Assembly (NCBI GenBank): GCA_035689365.1
Contig: DASSLP010000136.1
Coordinates: 1-59,575, forward strand
Reading direction: 5' to 3'
From: Methyloceanibacter sp.
Lineage (GTDB): Bacteria; Pseudomonadota; Alphaproteobacteria; Rhizobiales; Methyloligellaceae
DNA: 59,575 bases
Shown: piece after piece, positions 30,147 through 41,709 of the stretch
How positions within the stretch are numbered: the stretch's first letter is position 1
How the letters are laid out: every line of letters begins with the position of its first letter
The notes under the pieces: model-generated
Databases searched by the model: none
Seen by the model: the letters and a program-made list of their open reading frames with translations, nothing else
Told to the model about the DNA's origin: nothing
Translations under genes and position numbers: made by a program

Positions 30147-31964
30147 ATGTATCAAGTTTTCGAAGAAGTTAGCGTAGCAGGGGAAAGCGGCGAGCGGGTC
30201 AAGGCGTTACAGCGGGAGCTGAAAGCACGGAGGCTCAAGGGCTTTCTAGTTCCCCATAGCGACGAGCACCAGAACGAGTTCCTGTCTCCTTCGGCCGAGC
30301 GACTGGCTTGGCTCACCGGCTTTACCGGATCTGCTGGCGTTGCGATCGTGCTCGACAAGGCGGCCGCGCTGTTCGTCGACGGCCGTTATGTCTTGCAAGC
30401 GCGGGCGCAAACCGATCCTGCCTTGTTCGAGGTGCTGCAAACGCCAGAGGCTAAAGCCTCGACCTGGCTGATCGAAAAGCTCAGCAGGGGCGCAAGCGTC
30501 GGCTACGATCCATCGCTGCATACGATCAAGGAGATCGAGCGCCTCAGCGAGACCTTGGGCAAAGCCGGCATCAAGCTCGTTCCGGTCGAGACCAACCCGA
30601 TCGACGCGGCCTGGCACGACCGGCCCAGGGCGCCTTCGGTCCCCATCGTGCCGCATGGCATCGAGTTCGCAGGCCGCAGCGCGCAAGACAAGATCGGCGA
30701 CGTGCAGGAGCTGCTCCGCGAGGAGAAGGCCGACGCCGCGCTCCTCACCATGCTCGACTCGATTGCTTGGCTGTTCAACATCCGTGGCGGCGACATCAAG
30801 CACACACCGGTCGCGCTCGCCTACGCAATCGTGCCGGCCACCGGCCGGCCGACGCTGTTCATCGGTCCGGAGAAAATCGGGGACAATGTGAAGCCCGCGC
30901 TCGGCGACTATGTCGACCTCGCCGAGCCTGCCGCCCTCGAAGGCAGGCTCAAGACGCTCGGGCAGGAGAAGGCACGGGTGCGGCTAGACCCGGAGACCAC
31001 GCCAGTCCGCTTCGCGCAATTGCTCGAGGCCGAAGGCGCCAAGTTCGTCCCTGGCACCGATCCCTGCGTTCGCCCAAAGGCCGTCAAAAACGAGGTGGAA
31101 ATCAAGGGCGCACATGCCGTGCATCTGCGCGACGGCGTGGCTATGGCGCGCTTCCTCGCCTGGCTCGACGAGGTGGGCGAGAGCGGCAGGATCGACGAGA
31201 TTGCCGCAGCGCTCAAGCTCGAAGAGTGCCGCCGCCAATCGGGCCAACTAAGGGATATCAGCTTCGACACGATCTCGGCGGTCGGGCCTAACGGTGCCAT
31301 CGTCCATTACCGCCCAACCACCAAGAGCAAGCGCACTTTGCAGAAAGGCTCGCTCTATCTCATCGACTCTGGCGGGCAATATCGCGACGGCACCACTGAT
31401 GTGACGCGCACCATCGCCGTCGGGGCGCCGACCGCGGAGATGCGGCGACACTATGGGCTCGTGCTCAAAGCGCACATCGCCATCGCCACCGCACGATTCC
31501 CCAAGGGCACGCGCGGGCAGGATCTCGATCCGTTCGCCCGCAGGCCGCTTTGGCAGGCAGGGCTCGACTTCGATCACGGCACCGGTCACGGTGTTGGCAG
31601 CTATCTCGCGGTGCATGAGGGGCCGCAGCGGCTGTCGCGGCTCGGCACCGTTGAGCTCGAGCCAGGCATGATCCTGTCGAACGAGCCAGGCTTTTATCTC
31701 GAAGGCCATTACGGCATCAGGATCGAGAATCTCGTGCTGGTCACGCCGCCGGAGAAGATTGCTGGTGGCTCGCGCGAGATGATGGGATTCGAGACGCTGA
31801 CCCTCGTTCCCTTTGACCGGCGTCTGATCGACCCGAAGCAACTGCTTCCTTTTGAGCGCGAATGGCTCAACGCCTATCACGCGCGCGTTAGGCGCGAGAT
31901 CGAGCCGCAGATGCTGAGCAACGACCGGGCATGGCTCCGCCACGCCACCGCGCCGATCGGCTGA
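30147..31964 (+). CDS. Xaa-Pro aminopeptidase (aminopeptidase P, M24B)
   Basis: WLTGFTGSAG, DSGGQY.DGTTDVTRT, HGTGHGVG, HEGP and SNEPGFY...GIRIEN. Confidence 0.95.
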   Translation: MYQVFEEVSVAGESGERVKALQRELKARRLKGFLVPHSDEHQNEFLSPSAERLAWLTGFTGSAGVAIVLDKAAALFVDGRYVLQARAQTDPALFEVLQTPEAKASTWLIEKLSRGASVGYDPSLHTIKEIERLSETLGKAGIKLVPVETNPIDAAWHDRPRAPSVPIVPHGIEFAGRSAQDKIGDVQELLREEKADAALLTMLDSIAWLFNIRGGDIKHTPVALAYAIVPATGRPTLFIGPEKIGDNVKPALGDYVDLAEPAALEGRLKTLGQEKARVRLDPETTPVRFAQLLEAEGAKFVPGTDPCVRPKAVKNEVEIKGAHAVHLRDGVAMARFLAWLDEVGESGRIDEIAAALKLEECRRQSGQLRDISFDTISAVGPNGAIVHYRPTTKSKRTLQKGSLYLIDSGGQYRDGTTDVTRTIAVGAPTAEMRRHYGLVLKAHIAIATARFPKGTRGQDLDPFARRPLWQAGLDFDHGTGHGVGSYLAVHEGPQRLSRLGTVELEPGMILSNEPGFYLEGHYGIRIENLVLVTPPEKIAGGSREMMGFETLTLVPFDRRLIDPKQLLPFEREWLNAYHARVRREIEPQMLSNDRAWLRHATAPIG

Positions 31965-31995
31965 CCGGCTCGCCTCATGTTTATTGAATGAAAAT

Positions 31996-32026
31996 CGTGG
32001 ATGGCCGGGCCAAGCCCGGCCATGAC
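31996..32026. repeat. REP-like palindromic element (Hyphomicrobiales type), single arm
   Basis: CGTGG ATGGCCGGGC CAA GCCCGGCCAT GAC, a perfect 10-bp stem with a terminal TGAC. Confidence 0.8.
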
Positions 32027-32065
32027 AGTGTTCGCCCGGCCAAAAGTCCCTTAAGAGGGGAAGAG

Positions 32066-32320
32066 ATGTCGACCGAGATCCTCGTCTCCGCTGCGGCGGC
32101 CACATTGACCACGGCTGCCTTCGTGCCTCAGGCGCTGCACATCATCCGCTACAAGGAGACGCGGGCGATCTCGCTCGTCATGTACGTCGCGTTCGCTTCC
32201 GGTGTCGCGTTCTGGCTCCTCTTTGGCTGCCTGATCGGCAACTGGCCGATCATCGTGTCTAATGCCATCACGCTTGCGCTTGCACTCGCCATCATCGGCA
32301 TGAAGCTGAAATACGGATGA
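32066..32320 (+). CDS. SemiSWEET/PQ-loop transporter
   Basis: LTTAAFVPQA...TRAISL and W..G....WPII..N; 84 aa with 3 TM segments. Confidence 0.92.
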   Translation: MSTEILVSAAAATLTTAAFVPQALHIIRYKETRAISLVMYVAFASGVAFWLLFGCLIGNWPIIVSNAITLALALAIIGMKLKYG

Positions 32321-32384
32321 CGCTCGCCGCTGGGTGCAACAGCCCGCCCTTGCGTTTCGGTCGCCTATATTTAGATCATTGCAA

Positions 32385-33654
32385 ATGATCCACTCGAACG
32401 CTCGCTCCTGGAATGAGGATTGGGAAGAGATCCGCTTGGGACCGTCGGGAGGCCAAGCGTCCTCTAAGGTTGCCCGCCGACGCGACGGGACTATCGTCTT
32501 GGGGTTCATAAAAATACTAAACAAGCAGAAAGATCAGGAACGACGCGCACGGCTTTACCGCGAAGCGGCCAGTCTCGAAACGCTAGCGATACCCGGAATA
32601 CCTCAGCTGCTCGAAACGAACGCCAGGCATTATGAGGAGTCTTCCTACGATCTGTATTTGGCCACCGAGTTCATTGAAGGTCACCACCTCCGCGAGGTCG
32701 ATGCGAAATTTACGGCCGAGCAAGCTATCAAATGGACGCTGCAACTCGTTGCCATTTTGGACGCTTGCCACAAGTAAAAGGTAGTCCACAGGGACATCAA
32801 ACCAGAGAACTGCATCATTGGCACAGACGGTCGGCTCTATTTGGTCGACTTCGGAATAGCGTTTCGTGAAGAGGTCGATTCTGGATTCGCCACGCCTATC
32901 GGGCAGGAGCTGGGTAACCGCTTCTTGCGGCTTCCCGAGTTGCACGCTGACAGTCCAAACAAGAATGACCTTCGGTCCGACCTTACTCTAGCTGCAGGTA
33001 TCCTATTCTATCTGCTTACCCAGATAGATCCCCGTGTTCTCACTGACGACAAGAACCGGCTGCCCCATCAGCGCAATGCCTGTCTGGACAAATTAAAGGA
33101 CATCCCGCCCAGACAGACTTCTGTCACTGTTCGACCAAGCGTTCGATCCACACATCGATAGGCGGTTTCAGTCCGCCGATGCCCTCCGAGCGGCACTGCA
33201 AAGTTGCCTGGCCGAGCGGGATCAGCGAGAGGATTCGCAAGCGATTCTTGCCCGAATTCGTGAACTCGCCAGCAGCCCTCGCCACATTCAGTTCAAAGAT
33301 GTAATGAGCAAATTCTCCGTCATTATCCAGCGGATTTACCGTCTTACGGACGAGATCGTTGGTAACTCAGCTGGTTTGTTCTCCCTTTGCAGCGGGCCGA
33401 ACGAGGTCCATGCCGCCGATCTCTGGCAAGCCTACAGCATGGGGTTTATGTACCAACTTAGTAACCGAGTACTCTTCGTTCCGACGTACGAACTGCGGTA
33501 TGTCGGAAACGAGATCATCATCCGACTCTGGTTCGAACGGCAGTCGCTCATTGAGCTTAGGGTTCCTTCAGACTCTTCGGGACTCGACAAGTCGTCACTC
33601 GATCGCCTTCGCACCGTGCTCTTGGGTAGGCTCGAGGCAATAGCGAGAACTTAG
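32385..33654 (+). pseudogene. Hanks-type Ser/Thr kinase with an in-frame TAA (32775-32777) and a frameshift (about 33105-33112)
   Basis: GGQA loop, FIKIL and REA, then stop, then in-frame KVVHRDIKPENC and LVDFGIA, SDL. After the shift the frame reads DRRFQSADALR and continues to 33654. Confidence 0.88.
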
Positions 33655-33689
33655 ATCGCCCTCCGTGGCACAGAGCGTCCAACTGAGCC

Positions 33690-35840
<2,151 letters not shown>

Positions 35841-35843
35841 TCA

Positions 35844-37523
35844 TCATGCCGAACGGCTCATCAGCCGGTCGGCTGCGGCGCGCGCCTCGTCGGTAATGGT
35901 CTGGCCGGCGAGCATGCGCGCGATCTCCTCCCGGCGATGCGGACCTTCGAGCACGGCGACCCGGGTCGCCATGGCCTCTCCTTCGGGACCGCGTACCGCT
36001 TCCTTGGCGATCAAAAGGTGCCCGCTCGCCACCGCCGCGACCTGCGGCGCATGCGTCACGGCAAGCACCTGAACGCGCGCGGCAAGCTTGGCGAGCCTCT
36101 CGCCAACTGCTGCGGCGGTCGCTCCACCGACACCAGAGTCGGCTTCGTCGAACACCAGCGTCGGCGCAGAGCCGCGGGCAGCCAGCACCACCTTCAGCGC
36201 AAGAATGAACCGCGCAAGCTCGCCGCCAGAGGCGACCTTCATCAAGGGCCCAGGCTCGGTGCCGGGATTTGTCCCGACAAAGAACGCGATGCGGTCGATG
36301 CCGTTGGGTCCGCCCTCGGAGAGGGGAACAGCCTCTATATTGGTGATGAACCTCGCCTTGTCGAGCTTCAGCGGGGCGAGCTCGACCATGACCTCCTTGT
36401 CGAGGCGCTGCGCAGCGTTGGCCCTCGCCTTGCTCAAATCGAGCGCCAGCGTTTCGTAGCTCTCCCGCGCGATCCCGGCCGCGCGGGCAAGCTCACTGCT
36501 CTGCGTCTCGCTGTGGTCGAGTGCGGCAAGCTCAGTCTCTAGGCGCCCCATCAGCGCGGGCAGATCGTCGACCATGACCTTATGCTTGCGGGCGAGCCCG
36601 CGGAGCGCAAACAGTCGCTCCTCTGCGCGCTCAAGCTCCTTAGGCTCGAACGCGGTCAAGGCCAGCGCCTCCTCGATTCGCGCCCGCGCGGTGTCGGTCT
36701 CGGCAAGCACCCGTTCAAGCGCCTCGGCGACCAATGCCAAGACAGGTCCCGCAGACGCGGCCTGGCGCTCGATGCGCCGAAGCGCCGCGGCGAGCCGCGC
36801 CCCTGAGGTCCCTTCCCCCTGCAAAGCGTCGAGCGCCTCGTTAAGCTCGGCCGCAATCTTTTCTGCGTTCATCATCAGCTGGCGGCGCGCGGCGAGCGCC
36901 TCCTCCTCACCTTGCTCCGGATCGAGCCCTCGGAGTTCTTCCAGCGCGTGGCTCAGATAGCCGGCGTTGGCGCGGGAGGCTGCGATCTCGCTGTCGTGCC
37001 GCGCCCGCTCGGCCTCCGCCGCATGCCAGGCTTCGTAGGCCTCGGCCACGCGGCGAGCCTCGCCCGTCAAGCCGCCAAACGCGTCAACCAAGTCGCGATG
37101 GCCGCTTGGATCGATCAGCGCGCGATCGTCATGTTGGCCATGGATCTCGACCAGGGCTTGGCCCACTTGCCGCAAGAGCTGCACGCTCACGCTGACATCG
37201 TTGATGAAGGCGCGGCTCCTGCCGTCGGCCCCCTGTACGCGGCGCAAAATGAGGCCGTCTCCTGCCTCAAGCCCGTTTGCGGCGAGAAGCTCGAACACGA
37301 GATGGTTCGGCGCGAGATCGAAGCTCGCCGTCACCTGGCCCTGCGAGGCGCCCCGCCGCACCAACGCGGCATCTCCCCTGCCTCCGATCGCGAGGGAGAA
37401 AGCGTCGAGTAGGATCGATTTGCCGGCGCCGGTTTCCCCCGTCAGCACCGAAAGGCCTTGGCCGAATTCGAGATCGAGTTTGTCGATCAGGACGATGTCG
37501 CGGATCGACAGGGCGGCTAGCAT
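35844..37523 (-). CDS. recN: DNA repair protein RecN
   Basis: TGETGAGKS, HGQHD, ASGGE, VFDEAD and VTHAPQVA. Confidence 0.97.
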   Translation of the reverse strand: MLAALSIRDIVLIDKLDLEFGQGLSVLTGETGAGKSILLDAFSLAIGGRGDAALVRRGASQGQVTASFDLAPNHLVFELLAANGLEAGDGLILRRVQGADGRSRAFINDVSVSVQLLRQVGQALVEIHGQHDDRALIDPSGHRDLVDAFGGLTGEARRVAEAYEAWHAAEAERARHDSEIAASRANAGYLSHALEELRGLDPEQGEEEALAARRQLMMNAEKIAAELNEALDALQGEGTSGARLAAALRRIERQAASAGPVLALVAEALERVLAETDTARARIEEALALTAFEPKELERAEERLFALRGLARKHKVMVDDLPALMGRLETELAALDHSETQSSELARAAGIARESYETLALDLSKARANAAQRLDKEVMVELAPLKLDKARFITNIEAVPLSEGGPNGIDRIAFFVGTNPGTEPGPLMKVASGGELARFILALKVVLAARGSAPTLVFDEADSGVGGATAAAVGERLAKLAARVQVLAVTHAPQVAAVASGHLLIAKEAVRGPEGEAMATRVAVLEGPHRREEIARMLAGQTITDEARAAADRLMSRSA

Positions 37524-37533
37524 GGCGGACCGA

Positions 37534-38364
37534 CTAGGCCGGTTTGCCGTTGCCTCTCCAGGTCTGGGTGATCCACGACCCCTCGTGTTCCTGCGGCTGA
37601 GCGCCGTTCTGCTGCAAGAGGGTGTAGGCGTGGTTGTACCATTTGCTGTCCGGGAAGTTGTGCCCGAGCACCGCAGCCGCGGTTTCGGCCTCGTTGACGA
37701 TGCCCAACGCCATATAGGCCTCGGTCAGGCGCATCAAGGCCTCTTCCACCTGCTCGGTGGTCTGATAGTCGGTCACCACCACGCGGAAGCGATTGATGGC
37801 GGCAAGATAGTTGTTGTGGCGGAGATAATAGCGTCCGACCGTCATCTCGCTGGCGGCGAGAAGGTCACGCAGGATGCGCACCCTGTTTTCCGCCTCGGCC
37901 GCGTAGCGCGAATTGGGATAACGCTGGAGCAGCTGCTCGTAGGCGTTGAGCGCCTTCCGCGCCGTCGTCTGGTCGCGCTTCGGATCGAGGATCTGGACGT
38001 AATAGGACATGGCAATAATGTTCTGCGCGAGGTCGGACTCAGTCGTGCCGGGGTGCAGCGTGAGATAACGATCGGCGGCCGAGATGGCGTCGTCATACTT
38101 GCCGGCCTTGTAATAGGCGAAGGCCGCCATGACGATCGCCTTACGGGCCTCCTGCGAATAGGGATGATTGATGTCGACTTCTTCGTATTGCTTGGCGGCT
38201 TCCTCGAAGCTGCCCTTGTTGATCATCGTCTCGGCCTTGCCGTAGATGACATCGGGCGGATCGTTGTTCTCCACGATCTCCTTCTTGCCGCCCCACCAGG
38301 AGCCGCAACCGGCGAGCAGACTCGCCGAAAGAGCGAGGCAGAGCAGGGTGAAGGAAAGCCGCAC
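37534..38364 (-). CDS. bamD: Outer membrane assembly lipoprotein BamD
   Basis: Lipobox LAGC, TPR repeats, RDQT, AAINRF and LGHNFPDSKWY. The GTG start is approximate. Confidence 0.93.
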   Translation of the reverse strand: MRLSFTLLCLALSASLLAGCGSWWGGKKEIVENNDPPDVIYGKAETMINKGSFEEAAKQYEEVDINHPYSQEARKAIVMAAFAYYKAGKYDDAISAADRYLTLHPGTTESDLAQNIIAMSYYVQILDPKRDQTTARKALNAYEQLLQRYPNSRYAAEAENRVRILRDLLAASEMTVGRYYLRHNNYLAAINRFRVVVTDYQTTEQVEEALMRLTEAYMALGIVNEAETAAAVLGHNFPDSKWYNHAYTLLQQNGAQPQEHEGSWITQTWRGNGKPA

Positions 38365-38633
38365 GGGCCCGGGACGCGTCTTTGCTCCGAGCGGCTCGAC
38401 CGGATTTGGTATGCCACCCCTCAAGATCGGTCCCCCTCGCAGGCCAAGCTCGCCCACGCAACATCGAGCCCGCCAGCGAAGCTGGCGCAGCCTAAAGCCA
38501 ACCAACTAGCGGATTATGGTGTTTTTTTGCCCGTTCCGCAGGGTACCCGCACTCCCGCGCAAAACGCCCTCCGCGGCGCGAAACGCGAAGGTCTGCGCGA
38601 GCAGGACTACCGGCAGTTAGCGCAAAGGTCCGA

Positions 38634-39584
38634 TCAGCTCCGTTCGGCGGCGAAATTCGCTGCCGCAAGACGGTGGCTGAGCTCGGCATGACGAACCTCG
38701 CGATAACGCGGGGCTTCGATCATGGTCCAAGCGTCGGCGTCGGCAAACAGGGCCTTGAGCACCAGCGTGTTGAGCCGGTGGCCGCCCCTGCGCGAGCGAA
38801 AGGCCCCAAGGATCGGTGCGCCGGCAAGCGCAAGATCGCCGACCGCGTCGAGCGCCTTGTGTCGCACGAACTCGTCGGAGAAGCGCAAGCCTTCGCGGTT
38901 GATAATGCGGTCGTCGCCGATCGCCACGGTGTTCTCGAGAGAAGCGCCGAGCGCAAGACCGGCGGCCCACAAGCGCTCCACATCTTTCATGAAGCCGAAG
39001 GTGCGGGCGCGAGCAAGCTCGCGGCGGAAAGAACCAGGATTTATGTCGATCTCGATCTTCTGATTGCCGATCAGCGGAGTGTCGAATTCGATCTCGACGT
39101 CCAGGTGGAAGCCGTTATGCGGCGTTAGTTCGCCATAAGCGCCGGCGTCTTCCACAGCAATCTTCTTCAAGACTTTGAGGTAGCGGCGCGGCGTCTCAAG
39201 CTCGGCAAGGCCGACTTCGTCAATCGCTTCGACGAAGCGGGCAGCGCTGCCGTCCATGATCGGAACTTCTGAGCTGTCGATCTCAATAATCGCGTTATCG
39301 ACGCCAAGCCCGCGCAGGGCTGCGAGAAGATGCTCGACGGTCGCGACGCAGGCGCCGTTGCCGTCGCCGAGAATCGTACAGAGCGTGACGCCGGTGACCC
39401 AGCGCTGGTCCGCGGCGATCTCGGTGCCGTCGGGATGACCGTTGGAGAGAAGAAACCGTAAGCCGGTGTCGCCGTCTGCCGGACAAAGCGTGATGGAGAC
39501 TGGTGCCCCGCTATGTACGCCCGTTCCGGTTAGTGAGATTTCGCCGGCAAGTGTGGTTTGCCGTGCCCCTATAAAACCCCTCAT
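38634..39584 (-). CDS. lpxC: UDP-3-O-acyl-GlcNAc deacetylase
   Basis: RQTTL, GTGVHSG, TVEHL, ARTFGF and RHKALDAVGDL. Confidence 0.97.
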   Translation of the reverse strand: MRGFIGARQTTLAGEISLTGTGVHSGAPVSITLCPADGDTGLRFLLSNGHPDGTEIAADQRWVTGVTLCTILGDGNGACVATVEHLLAALRGLGVDNAIIEIDSSEVPIMDGSAARFVEAIDEVGLAELETPRRYLKVLKKIAVEDAGAYGELTPHNGFHLDVEIEFDTPLIGNQKIEIDINPGSFRRELARARTFGFMKDVERLWAAGLALGASLENTVAIGDDRIINREGLRFSDEFVRHKALDAVGDLALAGAPILGAFRSRRGGHRLNTLVLKALFADADAWTMIEAPRYREVRHAELSHRLAAANFAAERS

Positions 39585-39738
39585 GGCCCCCGTCGGCCCC
39601 CGCGCCGTATTTTTGAGTTCCCTACTTAGCTCGGGTACCACCCCGAGCCCCCCGATTGACCGGCTCTCCCTGGCACTTTCCGCCGCCCCCGGCGTGTTAT
39701 GCCTTTTTGGTCCTGGTCGTGCCGTTCAATCTGGACAA

Positions 39739-39767
39739 ACCTTAACGCTCACACCGGGAGGCGACAA
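39739..39767 (-). promoter_or_regulatory. Putative sigma70 promoter for lpxC-bamD
   Basis: TTGTCG-N17-TAAGGT on the minus strand in the ftsZ-lpxC gap. Confidence 0.5.
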
Positions 39768-39885
39768 ATCACGGTTTCTTTCACTCTATTACCGTGGCCA
39801 TGTGGTCACAACGCGCTGTTCTAACTTTGCTTTTTTGCTCCGTTAACTATGCCGCAACTGGTTTTGTCGTGTGCTCACGTTAACC

Positions 39886-41625
39886 TCAATTCGCCCGGCG
39901 ACGCAGGAAGGCGGGAATCTCGAGGTCGTCGCCAGCGGATGATTCGCCAGCGGCGCCAGCAACTTCGGCGACCGGGGCCTTGGGCTGCGCTTCGATCCGT
40001 TTTGGCGCTGCTGGTGCCGCCTCGCCGCGCGGCCGCTCGATTCTGATGGCTCTCGGCGCGACCGCCTGAGCTAGCGGCCTAGACTGATTCTGGGGCTGGG
40101 GCTGGGGTTTCGGCGTCTCGGGCAGCGAAGCAAGCCTCGGCTGACCGAACTCGGGCTCGAGTTTGGCCGGCAACTCGGCGTCAGGCTCCTTGCGGTGCCG
40201 CCCGACATTGGCAAGCCGCTCGAGGAAGCCAACTTTCTTCTTTTGCCCGGCAAGACCCTGTGCAGGCGCGTGGCCCGATTGCGCTTTGATCTCGTTCTGC
40301 GCCGTGATCGGCAGCTCCTCGACGTTCGGCATGCGCCGCACCGGGCGCCTGATCGCTGCCGGCGGAGCCGGCTGGAACGGCCCGGCCTGAGGCGCGGCAG
40401 ATTTGCCTTGCGAGGGGTGCGGGAAAGTCATGCCGGTCACTTGCGGCGGGCGCTTCTCGATCACGACGTTGCCGGGAGCGCGCCACACCGAAGGCTCCTT
40501 CACCACCTCGTTCTGCCCGAGGATGAGGCTGGGCTCGTCGAGATCGACGGGAACGCCTGGGAGCGTGGCAAGTCCGGCAAGCCGCTCGCTCAGCCTGCTC
40601 CTCTCCTGCAACACGGCAGGCTTTGGAGCGTCAAGCGCCGGCCTGGTCGACTGAGTGCTAACAAGGCCGATGCCGGTCGCCACCACCGACACCCTGATCG
40701 AGCCGTCTAGCTCGTTATCGAAGGTCGCACCGACGATGATGTTGGCATCTGGATCGGCCTCGGCCCTGACCCGGCTCGCCGCCTCGTCTACCTCATAGAG
40801 CGTGAGGTCGTTGCCTCCGGTGATGGAGACGAGCAGCCCGCTCGCACCCTTCATGCACACATCGTCGAGAAGCGGATTGGAGATGGCGGCCTCTGCCGCC
40901 TCGATGGCGCGGCGCTCGCCGCTCGATTCGCCTGTGCCCATCATCGCCTTGCCCATGCCGGCCATGATGGTGCGGACGTCGGCGAAGTCGAGATTGATCA
41001 GTCCTTCCTTCACCATCAGGTCGGTGATGCAGGAGACGCCGGCGCGCAACACGTCGTCTGCCATGGCGAAGGCATCGGTGAAAGTGGTCTTCTCGTTGGC
41101 GACGCGGAACAGATTCTGGTTGGGGATGATCAGCAGCGTATCGACATATTTCTGTAGCTCGTCGATGCCGGTCTCGGCGGCGCGCAGGCGCCGCGTGCCC
41201 TCGAACTGGAACGGCTTGGTGACCACGCCGACGGTGAGGATGCCCTCTTCGCGCGCGGCGCGCGCGATCACCGACGCTGCGCCGGTGCCGGTGCCGCCGC
41301 CCATGCCGGCGGTAATGAATACCATGTGACAGCCGACGAGATGGGCCTTGAGATCGGCCATCGCCTCCTCGGCGGCTGCAGCGCCAATCTCGGGCTTCGA
41401 GCCTGCGCCGAGGCCTTCGGTCACGTTGGCCCCCATCTGAATGCGGCGCTCACACTGCGAGCTTGCCAACGCTTGCGCGTCGGTGTTGGCGACCACGAAC
41501 TCGACGCCTTTGAGACCGCACGTGATCATGTTGTTGACGGCATTGCCGCCAGCGCCCCCGACACCGAAGACGGTGATGCGCGGTTTGAGTTCGGTCAAAT
41601 CTGGAACTCTGAGGTTGATTGTCAT
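39886..41625 (-). CDS. ftsZ: Cell division protein FtsZ (long alphaproteobacterial linker)
   Basis: [23 protein letters not shown] and C-terminal LEIPAFLRR. Confidence 0.98.
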   Translation of the reverse strand: MTINLRVPDLTELKPRITVFGVGGAGGNAVNNMITCGLKGVEFVVANTDAQALASSQCERRIQMGANVTEGLGAGSKPEIGAAAAEEAMADLKAHLVGCHMVFITAGMGGGTGTGAASVIARAAREEGILTVGVVTKPFQFEGTRRLRAAETGIDELQKYVDTLLIIPNQNLFRVANEKTTFTDAFAMADDVLRAGVSCITDLMVKEGLINLDFADVRTIMAGMGKAMMGTGESSGERRAIEAAEAAISNPLLDDVCMKGASGLLVSITGGNDLTLYEVDEAASRVRAEADPDANIIVGATFDNELDGSIRVSVVATGIGLVSTQSTRPALDAPKPAVLQERSRLSERLAGLATLPGVPVDLDEPSLILGQNEVVKEPSVWRAPGNVVIEKRPPQVTGMTFPHPSQGKSAAPQAGPFQPAPPAAIRRPVRRMPNVEELPITAQNEIKAQSGHAPAQGLAGQKKKVGFLERLANVGRHRKEPDAELPAKLEPEFGQPRLASLPETPKPQPQPQNQSRPLAQAVAPRAIRIERPRGEAAPAAPKRIEAQPKAPVAEVAGAAGESSAGDDLEIPAFLRRRAN

Positions 41626-41709
41626 GGCGGTCATCCGATCCTTAGCGAATTGCCCTTGCTCCGGCTCCGTTGGCGCGTCCCCGTGGAGCGCTATGGGAAC
41701 CCTTCGTCC

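Noticed and set aside
31988-32065. Extended SemiSWEET N-terminus MKIVDGRAKPGHD
   Set aside because: It is just the translation of the REP-like palindrome; ATG 32066 has a purine-rich RBS.
32775-32777. Programmed readthrough or recoding of the kinase TAA
   Set aside because: TAA is not a Sec/Pyl codon, it ends normal genes in this window, and a second independent frameshift favours decay.
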